Source: the human T2T-CHM13v2.0 reference genome, Homo sapiens
Strand: one strand, 5' to 3'
Assembly (NCBI RefSeq): GCF_009914755.1
Contig: NC_060930.1
Length of the DNA: 64,000 bases
Both the position numbers and the translations under genes were made by a program. The notes beneath the pieces were generated by a model, which did no database searches, had not been told where the DNA came from, and saw only the letters and a program-made list of their open reading frames with translations. Shown piece after piece: positions 1-13,690 of this stretch (position 1 is the stretch's first letter; each line of letters opens with the position of its first letter).

Positions 1-222
1 AAATGAAAATGTCAGAGAGTTGCAAGGCCTCAATGGATGAGGCATTCAGTTTTATAAGTTATTAGCTGCAGATTAATAGGGAAAAAGAAGAGGTGATGGA
101 GCATAAGTGGCCCCCTTGTTAGGTAGTACTTCTTTTCCTTTCTTTTCATAACCAGCATATCCTTAGCTTGATTATGCTGTGACTTAAACCTAGTCATTGG
201 TCTAATGGCCAGGAGGATCATA

Positions 223-226
<4 letters not shown>

Positions 227-273
<47 letters not shown>
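227..273. repeat. (AT)n microsatellite
   Basis: About 23 uninterrupted AT units. Confidence 0.97.
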
Positions 274-278
<5 letters not shown>

Positions 279-756
279 ATATTGTCAAATTTATCGATAT
301 TTGTCTTTATTGCTTTTGGATTTTAAGTCATAGTGAGATAGGTTTATAGACTCCTAAATTATACAGAAATTCACCCATTTTTTCTATTACATATATGTTT
401 TCCTTTTTTTAGAGTTACATGCCAGATTTATTTAATATAACTCCATTATATGTTAAGAACTATAGGTTTTAATGTTGATTTAGAAATGGTCATTTTGAGA
501 ACGACTTTTGTGGGGGCTCTCTGAACAAAAGATGAAATGACATATTGAGATTATATTAAATTTAATTGACTTGGGTAAATTACCATCTCCATGATGTATC
601 ATCTCATCCGACTACATGGGCTTTCCTTCTTTCCTTTTGAGATGTTTTATAGTTTTCCTCAGTCAGGTTTTGTACTTTTCTTGATACATTTATTCATAGG
701 ACTGTTACCTACAGATACAACCTTTTAGTTATAATGGGTCCTTCTATAAATTACAC

Positions 757-1187
757 TGTTAGTGGGAGTTCTCCAGAAAGACAGAAATGATGTGCATGTC
801 AGGGGGTGGGAGTGGGAGGGGTGGTGGGAGAGATCCATTTTAAGAATAGGTCACATGATGGGAGAGGCTGATAAGTTCAAAATCTGCAAAGTAGATGAGC
901 AGCCTGGAGACCCAAGGAAGAGCTGGTACTGCACCTCAAGACCAAAGGTAGACTGCTGACATTTTCCTCTTTCTCGGGAGAGGTCTTTTTTTTTCTATTA
1001 AAAATGTGACTGATTGGATGAAGCCCACCCATATTATATAGAGTAACTTGCTTTACGTAAAGTCTGCTGATTGAAATGTTAATCTCATCTAAAAATACCT
1101 CCACCGATACACCTAGAATAGTGTTTGACCAAATATCTGGACCCTGTGGCCTGGCCATCAAGCTGACACATAAAATTAACCATCACA
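757..1187 (-). mobile_element. MLT2 (MLT2D-like) ERVL solo LTR
   Basis: Ends in GCTGACACATAAAATTAACCATCACA, the reverse complement of the MLT2 5' terminus TGTGATGGTTAATTTTATGTGTCA; also TGATTGGATGAAGCCCACCC and GTTCTCCAGA motifs. Confidence 0.88.
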
Positions 1188-1949
1188 AGAAACTTTACTC
1201 TTAGAATATTAATTTTATATCCATATCCTGTTACTTACTCAAATATTTAATCTTTATTTCATCTCTCTCGAGAGAGAGATATCTTCCCCCCTTCCACCAT
1301 CTCCTTTTCTTTGATTTTCTGTAGTTTTGCAGATATATTTTCACAGCATCTGCAAATAGAGATAATTTTACCTTTATGCTTTCTAATTTTACCTTTATGC
1401 TTTATGCTTTCATAACATGATTATGTTAGAAAGCATAATCATTTTCTTCTGGTCTGATTTTATTTTTTAATAATTTCAACACAATGTTTAAAAATGTAGC
1501 AATAATGAGCCTCATTTACCTTTTCTCTGAATTTAATAGACACTGGTTCAACATTTTCCTATGATTTAATATATGAGTTATTTTGATATAAGAAACATCC
1601 AATCAATTTCTCTTCTATTGAGCATTTTTATTTAATTTTATGTGAATTAGGTATTTACCTGTGAAAAGATATTTAATTTTGTGTAAAAATTTTCCTGGAA
1701 ATTGTATAATTTTTTTCTCATTCTATCTATTCAATAACATGAATTATATTAATTGATTTTCTAAGTTTTTTCATCTCTGGATTACTGCAATAAATCTTAA
1801 TCATTATTCATTAATTTTAATGTGCTACTACCTCTATTATTAATATTACTTTATTTCAAATATCATCAACAGTATTTGTACAGATGAGGTTGATCTGCAG
1901 TTATACTTTATGTGAAATCATTATTGGATTTAAATATTAATATTTTGCC

Positions 1950-2570
1950 TGTGCATCTGTTATGTTCTATCTGGAAATCAGACACCACAGTAGGTATTCC
2001 AAACAGAAGCAATTTATGGATAAGTTAGTTACACATTTGGAAAAGATTAGAGGAGCAGAAATAATGATAACATTACTAAAAATCAAATTGCTGCAAACCA
2101 GTAAACAGTGATGCTGCAAGCCCAAGATCTCTGTGGCACACGTATAAAGTGGCTTTTGCTGCAAGTCAAATCCTCCTAAAAGGGAGCCTATCAGTGCCAT
2201 GTCTAGACCAGAGCTATCTTTGCTGGGAACCACACTGCCTGAGCAGGAGGTTAAGGAGTCTGCATTCCCAGGCCTATGTTCCTGTTTGTGGCTGCAGCTG
2301 TCATTCCCAACACTGTGAACACTGTTGTTGCTGCTCCTATTCGTGCAGCCAGAAATGCCATGCCATACAGAAGGGGAACAGAATCAGTTCTTCCCTCCTA
2401 ATCCTGTCTAATATCTCATGAGTGCAATTCATTTGCCGAACCCAACTGGAGATCATTTATTTGGTATGGTTGTCTGGGAACTGTAGCTTGTGGGTCCCCG
2501 ACCCTGCCCTACAGACTAGATCACAAAAGGGCAGAAACAGATCTGAGAACATGGAAATGACTGGGATAGC
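1950..2570 (-). mobile_element. Old ERVL-class LTR (LTR33/LTR41-like)
   Basis: GAACCCAACTGG...TCTGGGAACTGTAG...CTGAGA motifs resemble the reverse complement of LTR33/41 5' ends; heavily diverged. Confidence 0.45.
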
Positions 2571-3377
2571 TTATTGCATAAAAGGAATTCAGAAGATTTC
2601 CTCTTTTTTTGTTTTGTTTTGTTTTTCCTATTCACTAAGGCAGTTTGGGTAACCCTGGGATTATCTGGTCTTTGAATCCTCACCGAAGCCAAGTGCTTAT
2701 TTGGGGGCAGGTCTTTAATGATAGGCTCTGTAAAAACTAGGCTGTTTACAATTCTGTGCTGGGATCAGTTTTGGTAACTTATATTTTTCCTAGAAAATTA
2801 TCCATTTCCTCTAGGCTTCAAATTTCTTTGGCACACAGTTGCAAAAGTGGTTTCTTACAAACATCAAAAACCTCTCTATTTGAGGTTTGGTTATTTTCTT
2901 CTTACCACTTCTTATTTTGAATATTCTTTCTCCATTTTTCATTCCTTCTGTTTTCTAGTTACTGGGTTGTCACCTTTGTCATTATATTTAAATAACTTGG
3001 ATTTAAAAAAAAAACTTTTTTTTTCTATTCTAATTTATTGACTTTTCCACTTGTATTTCTTAGTTTTCTTATTTTGACTTTTTAATGTCTTTGTCTATTG
3101 TCTTACCTTTTAAATTGTATGTTTATGGCTTTTATTTTCTTTCAACTATTTCCTAAAAATGTGAACATAGTTTCTATAAGCATTTCTTTCTAGAAATTCT
3201 ATAATTTTGATTTGTATATTTCTTTTGACTCAAGATTTATTTTTTAAAGGATTCTTATCTCCAGTTAGGTAGACTTTACTTTTTGTAATTGGTTTTTAAT
3301 CATACTGCATATTTATATGGCAAATGTTACTTGCATAATTTCAAATTTGTAGAATTAATCATTATTTTTAGAGCTAT

Positions 3378-3707
3378 CAGGAATTTATTTTCTCATTATT
3401 CTGGAGGCAAAAAGTCTGAGATCAAGATGTCAGCAGGGTTGATTTCTACTGAAGACTTCCTCTGAGGTTTGCAGATCCCTGTCTTCCTATATCTTCACAT
3501 GGCCTTGCTTTTGCATATGTTTGTGTTCAAATTTCCTCTTCTTTTAAGGACTCCAGTCATATTGAATTAGGGCCCATCCTAATGAATTCATTGTAACTTG
3601 ATTACACCTGTAAAGATCCTATTTCCAAATTCAGCCACATTCTGAGATACTAGGCATTAGGATTTCAACATATGAATTAGGAAGAGGGCACAATTCAGTC
3701 TATAACA
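3378..3707 (-). mobile_element. MLT1B-like MaLR LTR
   Basis: AATTTATTTTCTCA..TTCTGGAGGC..AAGTCTGAGATCAAG, GATCCTATTTCCAAAT and terminal CACAATTCAGTCTATAACA. Confidence 0.85.
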
Positions 3708-3789
3708 CCTTGCATTCTTTGTGTCAAGGTCCTATCCCGCATGGACATGCCCAGAGAGCTTCCTTATGTCTGGGAGGGGCTGCTCAGAA

Positions 3790-4910
3790 AAACAACTTTA
3801 GAAACATGAATTATCCAAACCAGTTCTTAATTATAAAATATGAATGAACAACGAAGTCAACACAAAAAGATGAGAAGAATGACCATGTAAAGAGACCAGA
3901 ATAAAATAACAGGAAACATTATTGCAGGAGATAAAAGAATAATTCAACAAACTAGGGAATATTAAAAAAACACACTTAATCTGCAGAGTTGGTGTGACTT
4001 ATATGTATATTGCAGTCATAAAACAGTATGTTGTTGACTAATTAATTTGTATGATAAATTCATGCAAATTTTCAATACATTGCTTTAAAAGGCAGAAAGA
4101 AAATGTGAGAAAAACAAAAACATATAAAATAAAGAGGTTCACTTGTTACCAGTGGAGGGTGTCCGGATTCTTGGTGTCTTGAACAAAGAATTGGACAAAA
4201 TGCACAAACAAAGCAAGGAAAGAAGGAAACAACAAAAGCAAAGATTTACTGAAAATGAAAGCACACTCCACACGATGGGAGTGGGCCAAGAATAGGGGCT
4301 CAAGAGCCCCATTACAGAATTTTCTGCAGTTTAAACACCCTCTAGAGGTTTCCACTGGATACCTGGTGTATGCCATATGTAAATGAAGACGATGAAGTAA
4401 AGTTACAAAGTCATTTACTTGGTGTACGCCCTATGTAGATATTTCCTGTCATAGATGCAGGCAGTGTTTCCATTTGATTTAGTTCTAGGAAGTCAGCATG
4501 AATCGGCCTTATGTTCCCTGCCTCCAGACCCTATTCTTCTGCTTCACACTATCCACAAAAAGAGAAACTTTAAAACTGAGAATAGAAAACCATAAAAATT
4601 TTAAAGAAATGGGATTTTTCATACTGAAAGTGTTCCCTGAATGCTGAGCAGAATATATAAATAAAAGTCAGCCACATCACCATGAGTTTTAGACATTACA
4701 CATAAAGCAAATAAAAACAAATAAAGAAGAAACTGCTCCTTTAAAAAAATCAGGTCAGAGTTCTTAACAGCCATTATATATGTTATAAACAAATAGAGCA
4801 AATTCTTCATACTTTAAAAAAAATATGAGTTTGAACCTAGAATTATATCAAACCAAACTACCAAAGAAGTGTGAGGCAAAACTGTAGGTAGGTTTAGCCA
4901 AGGAAATAGT
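3790..4910 (+). mobile_element. HAL1 / old L1 ORF1-like relic, split by MER61
   Basis: A-rich sequence with L1 ORF1 C-terminal-like motif TTTGAACCTAGAATTATATCAAACCAAACTA. Confidence 0.45.
4144..4546 (-). mobile_element. MER61-family ERV1 solo LTR with 4-bp TSD
   Basis: Reverse complement starts TGAAGCAGAAGAATAGGGTCTGGAGGCAGGGAACATAAGGCCGATTCA and ends CCCTCCACTGGTAACA; TSD CACT at 4140-4143 and 4547-4550. Confidence 0.88.
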
Positions 4911-5069
4911 CAGATTTTTCTTTTTTTGCCAAGCACTAAGTTAAAATGTTAGTAATTTTTTAAAACATATCTGCATAGGCTGATAAAATATCAGTGGGGC
5001 TTATATATGTGTTTGCTATCTAAGACATACAATTTATGGAGACAGTTTTTATGTATCTGGAATTTACCC

Positions 5070-5899
<830 letters not shown>

Positions 5900-6049
5900 G
5901 CTCCAGGACTGATCATATGACATTGCAAATGCTGTAACCAGAGCTGGTTACTTCCAGTGTTTCAGCTCTCCATATCTCAGTTAACATCCTTAATTACCAT
6001 ATTAAATTTCAGAAATAGATTTTCTATGTGAATCTACCTGGGAAACAAG

Positions 6050-7172
6050 GAAATTAATGACAGAATTAAACATGGGAATCGACCTAGAAACCAATAACAG
6101 AAAGAGCTAGGAAATCTCAAAATACTTTGAGATTAAACAACACATTTTATTAATTAACTTTTTAAATTTTATTTTATTTTAAGTTTCAGGATACATGTGC
6201 AGGATATGCAGATTTGTTACATAGGTAAATGGGTGCCACGGTGGATGGCTGTACCCATCAACCCATCACCTAGATGTTAAGTGCAGCATGCATTAGCTAT
6301 TCTTCCTGATGTTCTCTCTCCCCTTACCCAACCCCTGCAGGCCCCAGTGTGTGAACAACACACTTTTAAATAACACGTGTATCAAAAAATAACTGTCAAG
6401 AGAAATTTAGAAATAATTTGAATTAAATGAAAATAAAAAATACAACTTACTAAAATCTATGGACTGCAGCCAAAGTAATGTTTAAAGGTAGATTTATAGC
6501 TTTCAGTGCATATGTTATAAATAAATAAAGACGTAAAATGAGTAATACACTTCTCACCTTAGAAAAATAGAAAAAGACAAGCAAATTAAATCCAAAGTAA
6601 ACTGAAAAAAAAATGAAATAATAAGAATTAGAGCAGAAATCGATGAAATAAAACACAGGAACTAAACAGAGAAATCAACAAAAACAAAACCTTGCTTTTT
6701 TCTTAAATAATAAAATCAATAAGCAACTAACCAGCTAACTATGGAAAATAAAAAGGATAAACAAATTACTAATATCAGAAATGAAAGAGGGGATATCACT
6801 ACAGGTCCCAAGAACAATAAAAGGAAATAAAGGAATAATACGAACAACTCTATGTCCCAAATATGGTAAATTAGATAAAATTGACTAATTTCATTAAAGG
6901 CACAATGTGTCAAAATGTATACAACAAGAAATAGACAATGTGAACAGGCCTATATATATTAAATAAAATGAATCATTAATTAATAAGTTTCTAAAACAGC
7001 ATGTGGCCCCGATGGGTTTACCAGTGAATTCTACCAGTGATTTCAGAAGAAATATTTCCTAAATCAGTCTATAAGGCAATATTGTGCTAATACCAAAATC
7101 AGAAAAACACATTACAAGAAAACCAAAAACCACCATCTTTCATATACATACATGCTAAAATCTTCAACAAAA
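6050..7172 (+). mobile_element. Old L1M ORF2 fragment (EN end to RT start)
   Basis: Degenerate L1 ORF2 motifs (AATGAAAGAGGGGATATCACTACAG, GGCCCCGATGGGTTTACCAGTGAATTCTACCAG, AAAATCTTCAACAAAAT). Confidence 0.8.
6150..6353 (-). mobile_element. Short 5'-truncated older L1PA 3' end inserted in the L1M
   Basis: Antisense L1PA 3'UTR (GATACATGTGCAGGA..GTTACATAGGTAAA); near-TSD AACAACACA(C)TTTTA at 6136-6149 and 6354-6368. Confidence 0.85.
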
Positions 7173-7189
7173 TTAGATTGTTAACATTT

Positions 7190-7490
7190 CATGTTTGCTA
7201 TTCTGGGTCACTTGCCTCTTTACAAAAACTTTAGAATCAGTTGATATTTATAAAATAACTTACTGGATTTGGATTGCATGAAATTTATAGATCCATATTG
7301 AGAATCTATAGACCAACTTAGCAAGAACTGATGTCTTGACAATATTGAGTCTTACTACTCATGAACATGGAATATCTCTTTATTTTCTTAGTTTTTAAAA
7401 TGTCTTTTCCGGATTTTATAGTTTTACTTATAGGTCTTGAATATATTTTGTAGAAGTTATACCTAAGAATTTTATTCTGAGGTGCACTAT
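7190..7490 (-). mobile_element. Old L1M ORF2 fragment, opposite orientation to the adjacent piece
   Basis: Antisense motifs GGATTGCATGAAATTTATAGATC and CATGAACATGGAATATCTCT. Confidence 0.7.
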
Positions 7491-9733
7491 TATTTATAAG
7501 GAGACTTAGAAACTTTTGTACAAAGATAATTGATAGCTGCAGGACTTTATTATACTTATTGGAGTCTTATTTTGGTTTTTCTGAAAACATCCTCTGTCGA
7601 AGATGCCTGTGATCTGCATAGGCTATCTTTGTGGTGGAAACTTCTGTGACTCCGGGCTTGCTTAAAATATTTAAACTAATATAGGGAGGGGAGGGAGCTC
7701 AGAAATTGTTCACCTACACAAGGTTTTGTTTCGTTTTGTTTTTTTTAAGATTTATTTGTTGAATTGTCTGACTCCAATTGGTAAACAAAAACATCACAAA
7801 AATTACATTAGCAACTTTAAAGGACAGCAAGCCATGAAAAATATTCATATAATTTCCACTAGTAATCTTATTTTCAGAATAAATTTTAATAAAATAATCC
7901 AAATGGTAAAATATTGCATGTGTAATAATTAGCTTAGAATAGATAAATTGCAAAATGGCCATAAACATAGAATAAGAATAAAAAAGAAGCAATTATAAGA
8001 AGATACATACTTGATAAATCATGTTTTAAGTACTACATATTTAACAAATATGTATTTTAAATGTTGGCAAAATAATCTTTTAAAATCTAAAATTTCATAG
8101 CGATATGAATCCAATCTATAATATCATAAATGAAGTATAGCTCACAAATATGAATTTTAATTGTATATATAATTAGTCATATTCACTCAAGGTCTTTGCT
8201 TTTAAGCCAGTTGGCATTTGGACTAATTTATTTGCTCCCTATTCATTCAAAATTTTCCATTTTATAATAAGATGTATTTATTTTGTGATAAATATGTTGA
8301 TTTTTTTTTTCCAGAAGTAATTTCCTATTGGGTAGTGTTTCACTGTATGATCCTCCTTTTCTTTTCTCAATTTCCAGAATAAGACCTGGAGTGAGAAAGT
8401 CACTTTTCTTCAGATAAATTTTTCTTATCAGCTCATCATTGTCGGTCTCTGCACAATATCCACATTCTCTATTCTAAGTTATCAAAATTTAAAATGTAAA
8501 TATATATACATAAGTATATGACAGAAGGAGCTGATGACAGCACTTCTGAGAGAAAGAGACTAAAAGGGCACAGAAAGGGCAGATCAGGTGGCCAATCACA
8601 AGCTCTGCCAGTTTTTTATTTTCATATAAACTAGTCCTAATTTTTCTGAGAAATCTTTAAAAGAAGGTATTTTACCCACATTAGAGGTACTATGAATCCC
8701 ATAAATTTGCAACTGTCAGCATCAGAGCTAAAAGAGATTTGAAAATAGATATTGCCTGTTTATGTATTTTGAATTAAAATGAAGCTTTCTTTACTCACAG
8801 TGATGTGGGAATGTAATACTATGTCTTTATGTAAATATCATGATAAACCTTGATAAACTGTGGACTCTGAAGTCTGGCAAAGAGTTAAGAAACACCAGTG
8901 TAAAATATGACAGCTATAGATGGGACAGCAGAAAACTAAATAACAATTTGCCTCATTATTTTTGTTCTGTGATCACCTTTTTTGTAGAATATTGGGCTTA
9001 TTTTCTTTAAAAATATTCAATGTGCAAAGAGTTTATAGTTCATCTCAACCTATTTTATCAGTCATTATTACAGTTACAATTCCTTCAGCACTTTTCCTCT
9101 AAACTTAAAGAATACAGAACCTATTGTTTCATTAAATATTTATTTTTTCACTGATATTTTGAAGAGTAATATCCATAGAGTCTAGATAAACCTCCATAGG
9201 TATGAACTTGTAAAATACAAGCTGGACAGATGCTCTCTGAATGTACAATGGGGAAAAAGTATTTTCCAGCTGTGTAAGATTATAGTCAGCCTAGGTATTA
9301 TAAAGCAGATCATTGAATTAATGTAAAAAATCACTGATATTCAAGGTTATTAAAGCATTCTTAGACTTCCAATGCTACACTATTTTTCTAGAGGATAATT
9401 TGTACATTGGGAGATTAAAACTAAATGCGAGAAAAATACCAGTAACTTGGAGCTTTGCATCATTATTTATTTATATTCAAGAAAAATATAATAAAATGAA
9501 TCATACTAAATTTTTATTTTCCACAAATGGCTTCTAGGAAAACCTGTGATTTAGAGACACACATATGTGTTTATTCAGCTAGGATTTTTGATTTGTTGTA
9601 TGAGGCACTGTGAAGGATGTTTGAGATGCATCATGAATAAAACACTTCCTCCATTCTGGGTACCAAAAATACAAGAATATAATGATTTTGTAATTGCTAG
9701 CAAGTAGCAGGAGCAAGTAAGAGTGGCTACTGA

Positions 9734-10041
<308 letters not shown>

Positions 10042-11377
10042 TAAGAGTGGCAATATATTAACAGACTGAAGCTCTGGTACATAATAGGTGAAAAAAATGT
10101 AATAAGGAAATGTCTAATAATATATCAGTATAAAGGGGTGTGTGTGTGTGTGTAAATCAAGAATATGGGACAGCGTGGGATGGCTGAAAGAAAATACCAC
10201 AGCCAGACAGTGAGAAACAAGTGAGATCAAGATACCCCAGGGACAGGAGAATAAAAACCCTCAGAATGCATAATAATCTTGCAGCAGAATATAGATTATA
10301 GGCTTGTTTGACACTATGCTTGAGTTACAAATGTCTGAGCCAAAACTTGAGGGATAAAGTAGGATTTTGTTAATTGGCATTGGAGCAGCAAAAGATATTA
10401 GGGGGAATAGAATGGGAGAAGGAGACAGTTCAGGTGGCGGAAATGGCATATGCAAAGCAAATATTAAAGAGTTCATAGATTATTTAGTAAGCATAACATT
10501 TTATCAGAAGAGTGAAAAGCAAGCTTACATTCACTTCCACTTCCTCTTAATATACTCATAGAGTATACAGTGCAGTTTTTGTACTCCACTTAATAGGTAA
10601 ATGGGTAAAAGATTTAATTAGGCAACCAAATGTCATTTACTTTACATGAAACCTGGACATATGCATTAATTGAAGTTTTACTGATATTTATTTTATGAAT
10701 TGTATAAATAATTAACTGTTTCAGAGTGTACTGGAAATTTGTTTGCTACAATTCCAGTTTTGATACAATTTCAAAAACCAGTGCTCTAAAGCACTGGTTT
10801 TGGAAGACAACAACTTCTCAGCAGTCACCTGAAGTTTTATTTGTTTGCTTTTTATTGTTCCTCAGCCCAATCTATGCCATTTTTAAGTGCACATCCTGGA
10901 ATCCTCGCAGTGAAGATTTTCTAGGGTATTTTACCATTCATTTCTCAATTATACTTTTGTTGCAAGACAATACTACTGCAAGTTCTTTAACTTCCTAATG
11001 ATAATTAAACCACATATGCATAATTAAATGTATCCAAGCTTAAACAAATTAAGTCAAATAAAATTCCAGTGTGTTCCTCATCTGAAAACATAAACAGTCT
11101 TATATAGAAATCTGCATTCTCTCTTGAAAAGGAATATTTTATCATTCAGTTATGTTTTCAAGTGGATAAAAGGCAATAATTTATCATCTATCACAGAGTC
11201 CATCTTATGAATTTATTTTGTTTAGGTAAACAATTTGAGAAAAGTATATGTAATAACACTGTGAGTAGAAAGACCTCTTAGATGGTGTCAGTGACTATCA
11301 TATGTTCTATATGAATAAACAAGATATTCTGAACAATTGAGAAATAAAAGATTATTTTTATAAATCTACCAAAGGAT

Positions 11378-11620
11378 AATTCAACAAACATCTATTGAGA
11401 GCTATATATGATGTCACTCACTGAACACATATGTTAATAAGGTATAATTGTCAAGAAGTTAATAATCAAATGAGGGAAACTGAGAAGCTGGAGTTTACAT
11501 AACAATGCTGATCATGTTAATAAAGGTATGCACAAGATACACTGGAAGCATTAAAGAGAAGCTGCCAACTTCTTTGTAGAAGAGGAAAGATTTCACATAA
11601 ATAGAGAAAAGCCTGGTAAA
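11378..11620 (-). mobile_element. L2 3' end relic
   Basis: ATTCAACAAACATCTATTGAGAGC, the reverse complement of the L2 3' terminus. Confidence 0.65.
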
Positions 11621-13569
11621 GTCATAGAGGAAAAATTTTTAGGGAGATAATATACCATTTTGAAAAATATTAGCAATACTTACCATTTGATAGTTGAAAT
11701 ACTGGGTACCACTCTTTTATTTTTCCAGGTATGAGAAAAACCTGTTGTTTTTGTTTAGTTGCTGTTTTTACAATTGTTTATCTCAAGGCATAACGTGAGT
11801 TTTCAAAATTTTATTTGTTATTTGCTTTTGCTTTTGCTTTTGACAGGTGGATGTAATGTACATGTTTACCAATTATGGCAGCAAGGCACAGTGTCAATCT
11901 GCTATTTCATTTTATCCTTGTATTTAGGTTCCTCTAAAGCATGATTTCAGCATTTAATTATACTAAGTAATTTTCTGTTTAATGTTGGAAATTTTATGCT
12001 TTGTGTTTCTCCTTTACCATGATTGCCACAAGATACATTAATTAATATATAAAAACGCCATGTTATGGTTAACAAAACTGTGAGTACAATACTTGATTAT
12101 CCTAAGGCTTAAGAATTAATGTTCCTTTAGGTACTGTACTCCAAAGCACCTATTACAGAATCGCAATTCAATCACACCTATAGCCAGAAATAGGTTTTAT
12201 TGCCCTTATGATCTCATCCTGACCACTTCGAGGCTAGGAAAATAATGATATGATTCATTTCTACCGGGGTGGCCAGCAGGACATATCAATCCAAGGGTAT
12301 CTTTTATTTAACCAGTTATTTATTTGTAAAATCAGCACATGTTTGAATATACTTGATCTGTGAGGAAGAAACATTTGTTACAGCACATAAGGATAGATTT
12401 CCGTTAGCTATAGAATACATGCTATGCTAATTTGTGAGAGACCACTTAGGCATCAAATACACAAATGAAGTACAGTCCTAACTAAAACATGAGTTCTTAA
12501 TAAACTTTGTAAATAACCACATGGTCATGAATAGTGAGGAACCTTGTCAGTATGCTTTGTTCCATATATAACAATAGTTCTGAGTAATTTTGTAGGCAAG
12601 GTAAGTCTATTCAATCTGTATGTCTATATTTCTACTCTCGGTAGATCCATTACCTTTAACCTTTCCTAATGATTTAGTATCTTATACTTAAGAATTTTTA
12701 TAAGCTATATTTTCTGGATCGTGTAGGGCCAACTTGAATAAGAAACTAGATAAGGTTTCATTAAAGTTTATACAAATATAACCTGTTACGTTTATTATAG
12801 CTAAGGTAGAAAAGAAAAGGATGTTTCTCTATGTCCATTAGAAAACAGAACTTTGGCCATAATAAATCCACTTTATTAGCTCCTAAGAAATTAATTATTG
12901 TTGTGATTATCTTGGTGTAGTTAAGAATATTCATGCATGAAGTTGTCAGCTACTAGGATAAGAGAGCTTTGGAAATCTTAACTCAGTTTCACAAGATGAA
13001 AAGGATCTCTTTATAGTGAAAATATCTGTTTGAACTTGAGAAGCCTGTCCATGGGTGTATGCCCTGAAATATTAATTGTAAAAACTAACTGTGAGTGTTA
13101 TGTACTGAGTTATTCTTTTGACCTTTTTTCAGAATAGTTATACAGCAGCCTGTAAACAAGGGTAAGGGAAGTGAAGAAACTATCTGTCAATAATCAGATT
13201 ATAAGATTCTGGTTAATTTAATGCAAGATACTGCAATTTCAGAATGAAGGAGAATGGAATGCTTTACTGAGATAATGTTCAGTTCATAACGATTAAATCA
13301 ATGACAATCCTGACAGTAAGAAAATATTGTGAACAGTGAAGTATTGACAAATCTCCAGAAACATCTAATTCATCTAAGAAAGTGTTTGTTGTGCTGGTCA
13401 GGAATTGACGAGAGATTACAAAATACTCTTATAAATCAACTTGATGGCAGTTACTGACATTCTATATACATGAGCATGATTGTGCTTTTTTCCGTCTTGA
13501 AAGGGACACAAACCCTGAAATATTTTTTAACATGCCCCTAATATCTTTTTAACCTAGAGAACCTGTTTT

Positions 13570-13690
13570 TGGTTTTTATTTTTATTTATTTATTTATTTA
13601 TTTTAAGACAGAGTCTCACTCTGTCACCCAGGCTGGAGTGCAGTGGCGCGATCTCAGCTCACTGCAACCTCCGTCTCCCAGGTTCAAGTG
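13570..13690 (-). mobile_element. 5'-truncated AluS fragment (partial right arm)
   Basis: (TTTA)n tail plus GACAGAGTCTCACTCTGTCACCCAGGCTGG; TSD AGAGAA(C/A)CTGTTTT at 13556-13569 and 13691-13704. Confidence 0.9.

Larger units (their letters stand above)
275..3375 (-). mobile_element. Fragmented old L1M (L1ME/L1MC-type) ORF2 relic, interrupted by LTRs at 757-1187 and ~1950-2570
   Basis: T-rich antisense L1 ORF2-like stretches (e.g. CATCTGCAAATAGAGATAATTTTAC, TTTTCCTAGAAAATTATCCATTTC) in collinear order; boundaries approximate. Confidence 0.6.

Noticed and set aside
1-226. Possible LTR fragment at the window start
   Set aside because: Truncated by the window edge; no family motif could be matched confidently.
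1363-1411. 21-bp tandem duplication (also a 27-bp one at 54497-54550)
   Set aside because: Ordinary two-copy slippage duplications within old L1 sequence; not arrays or CRISPR-like.
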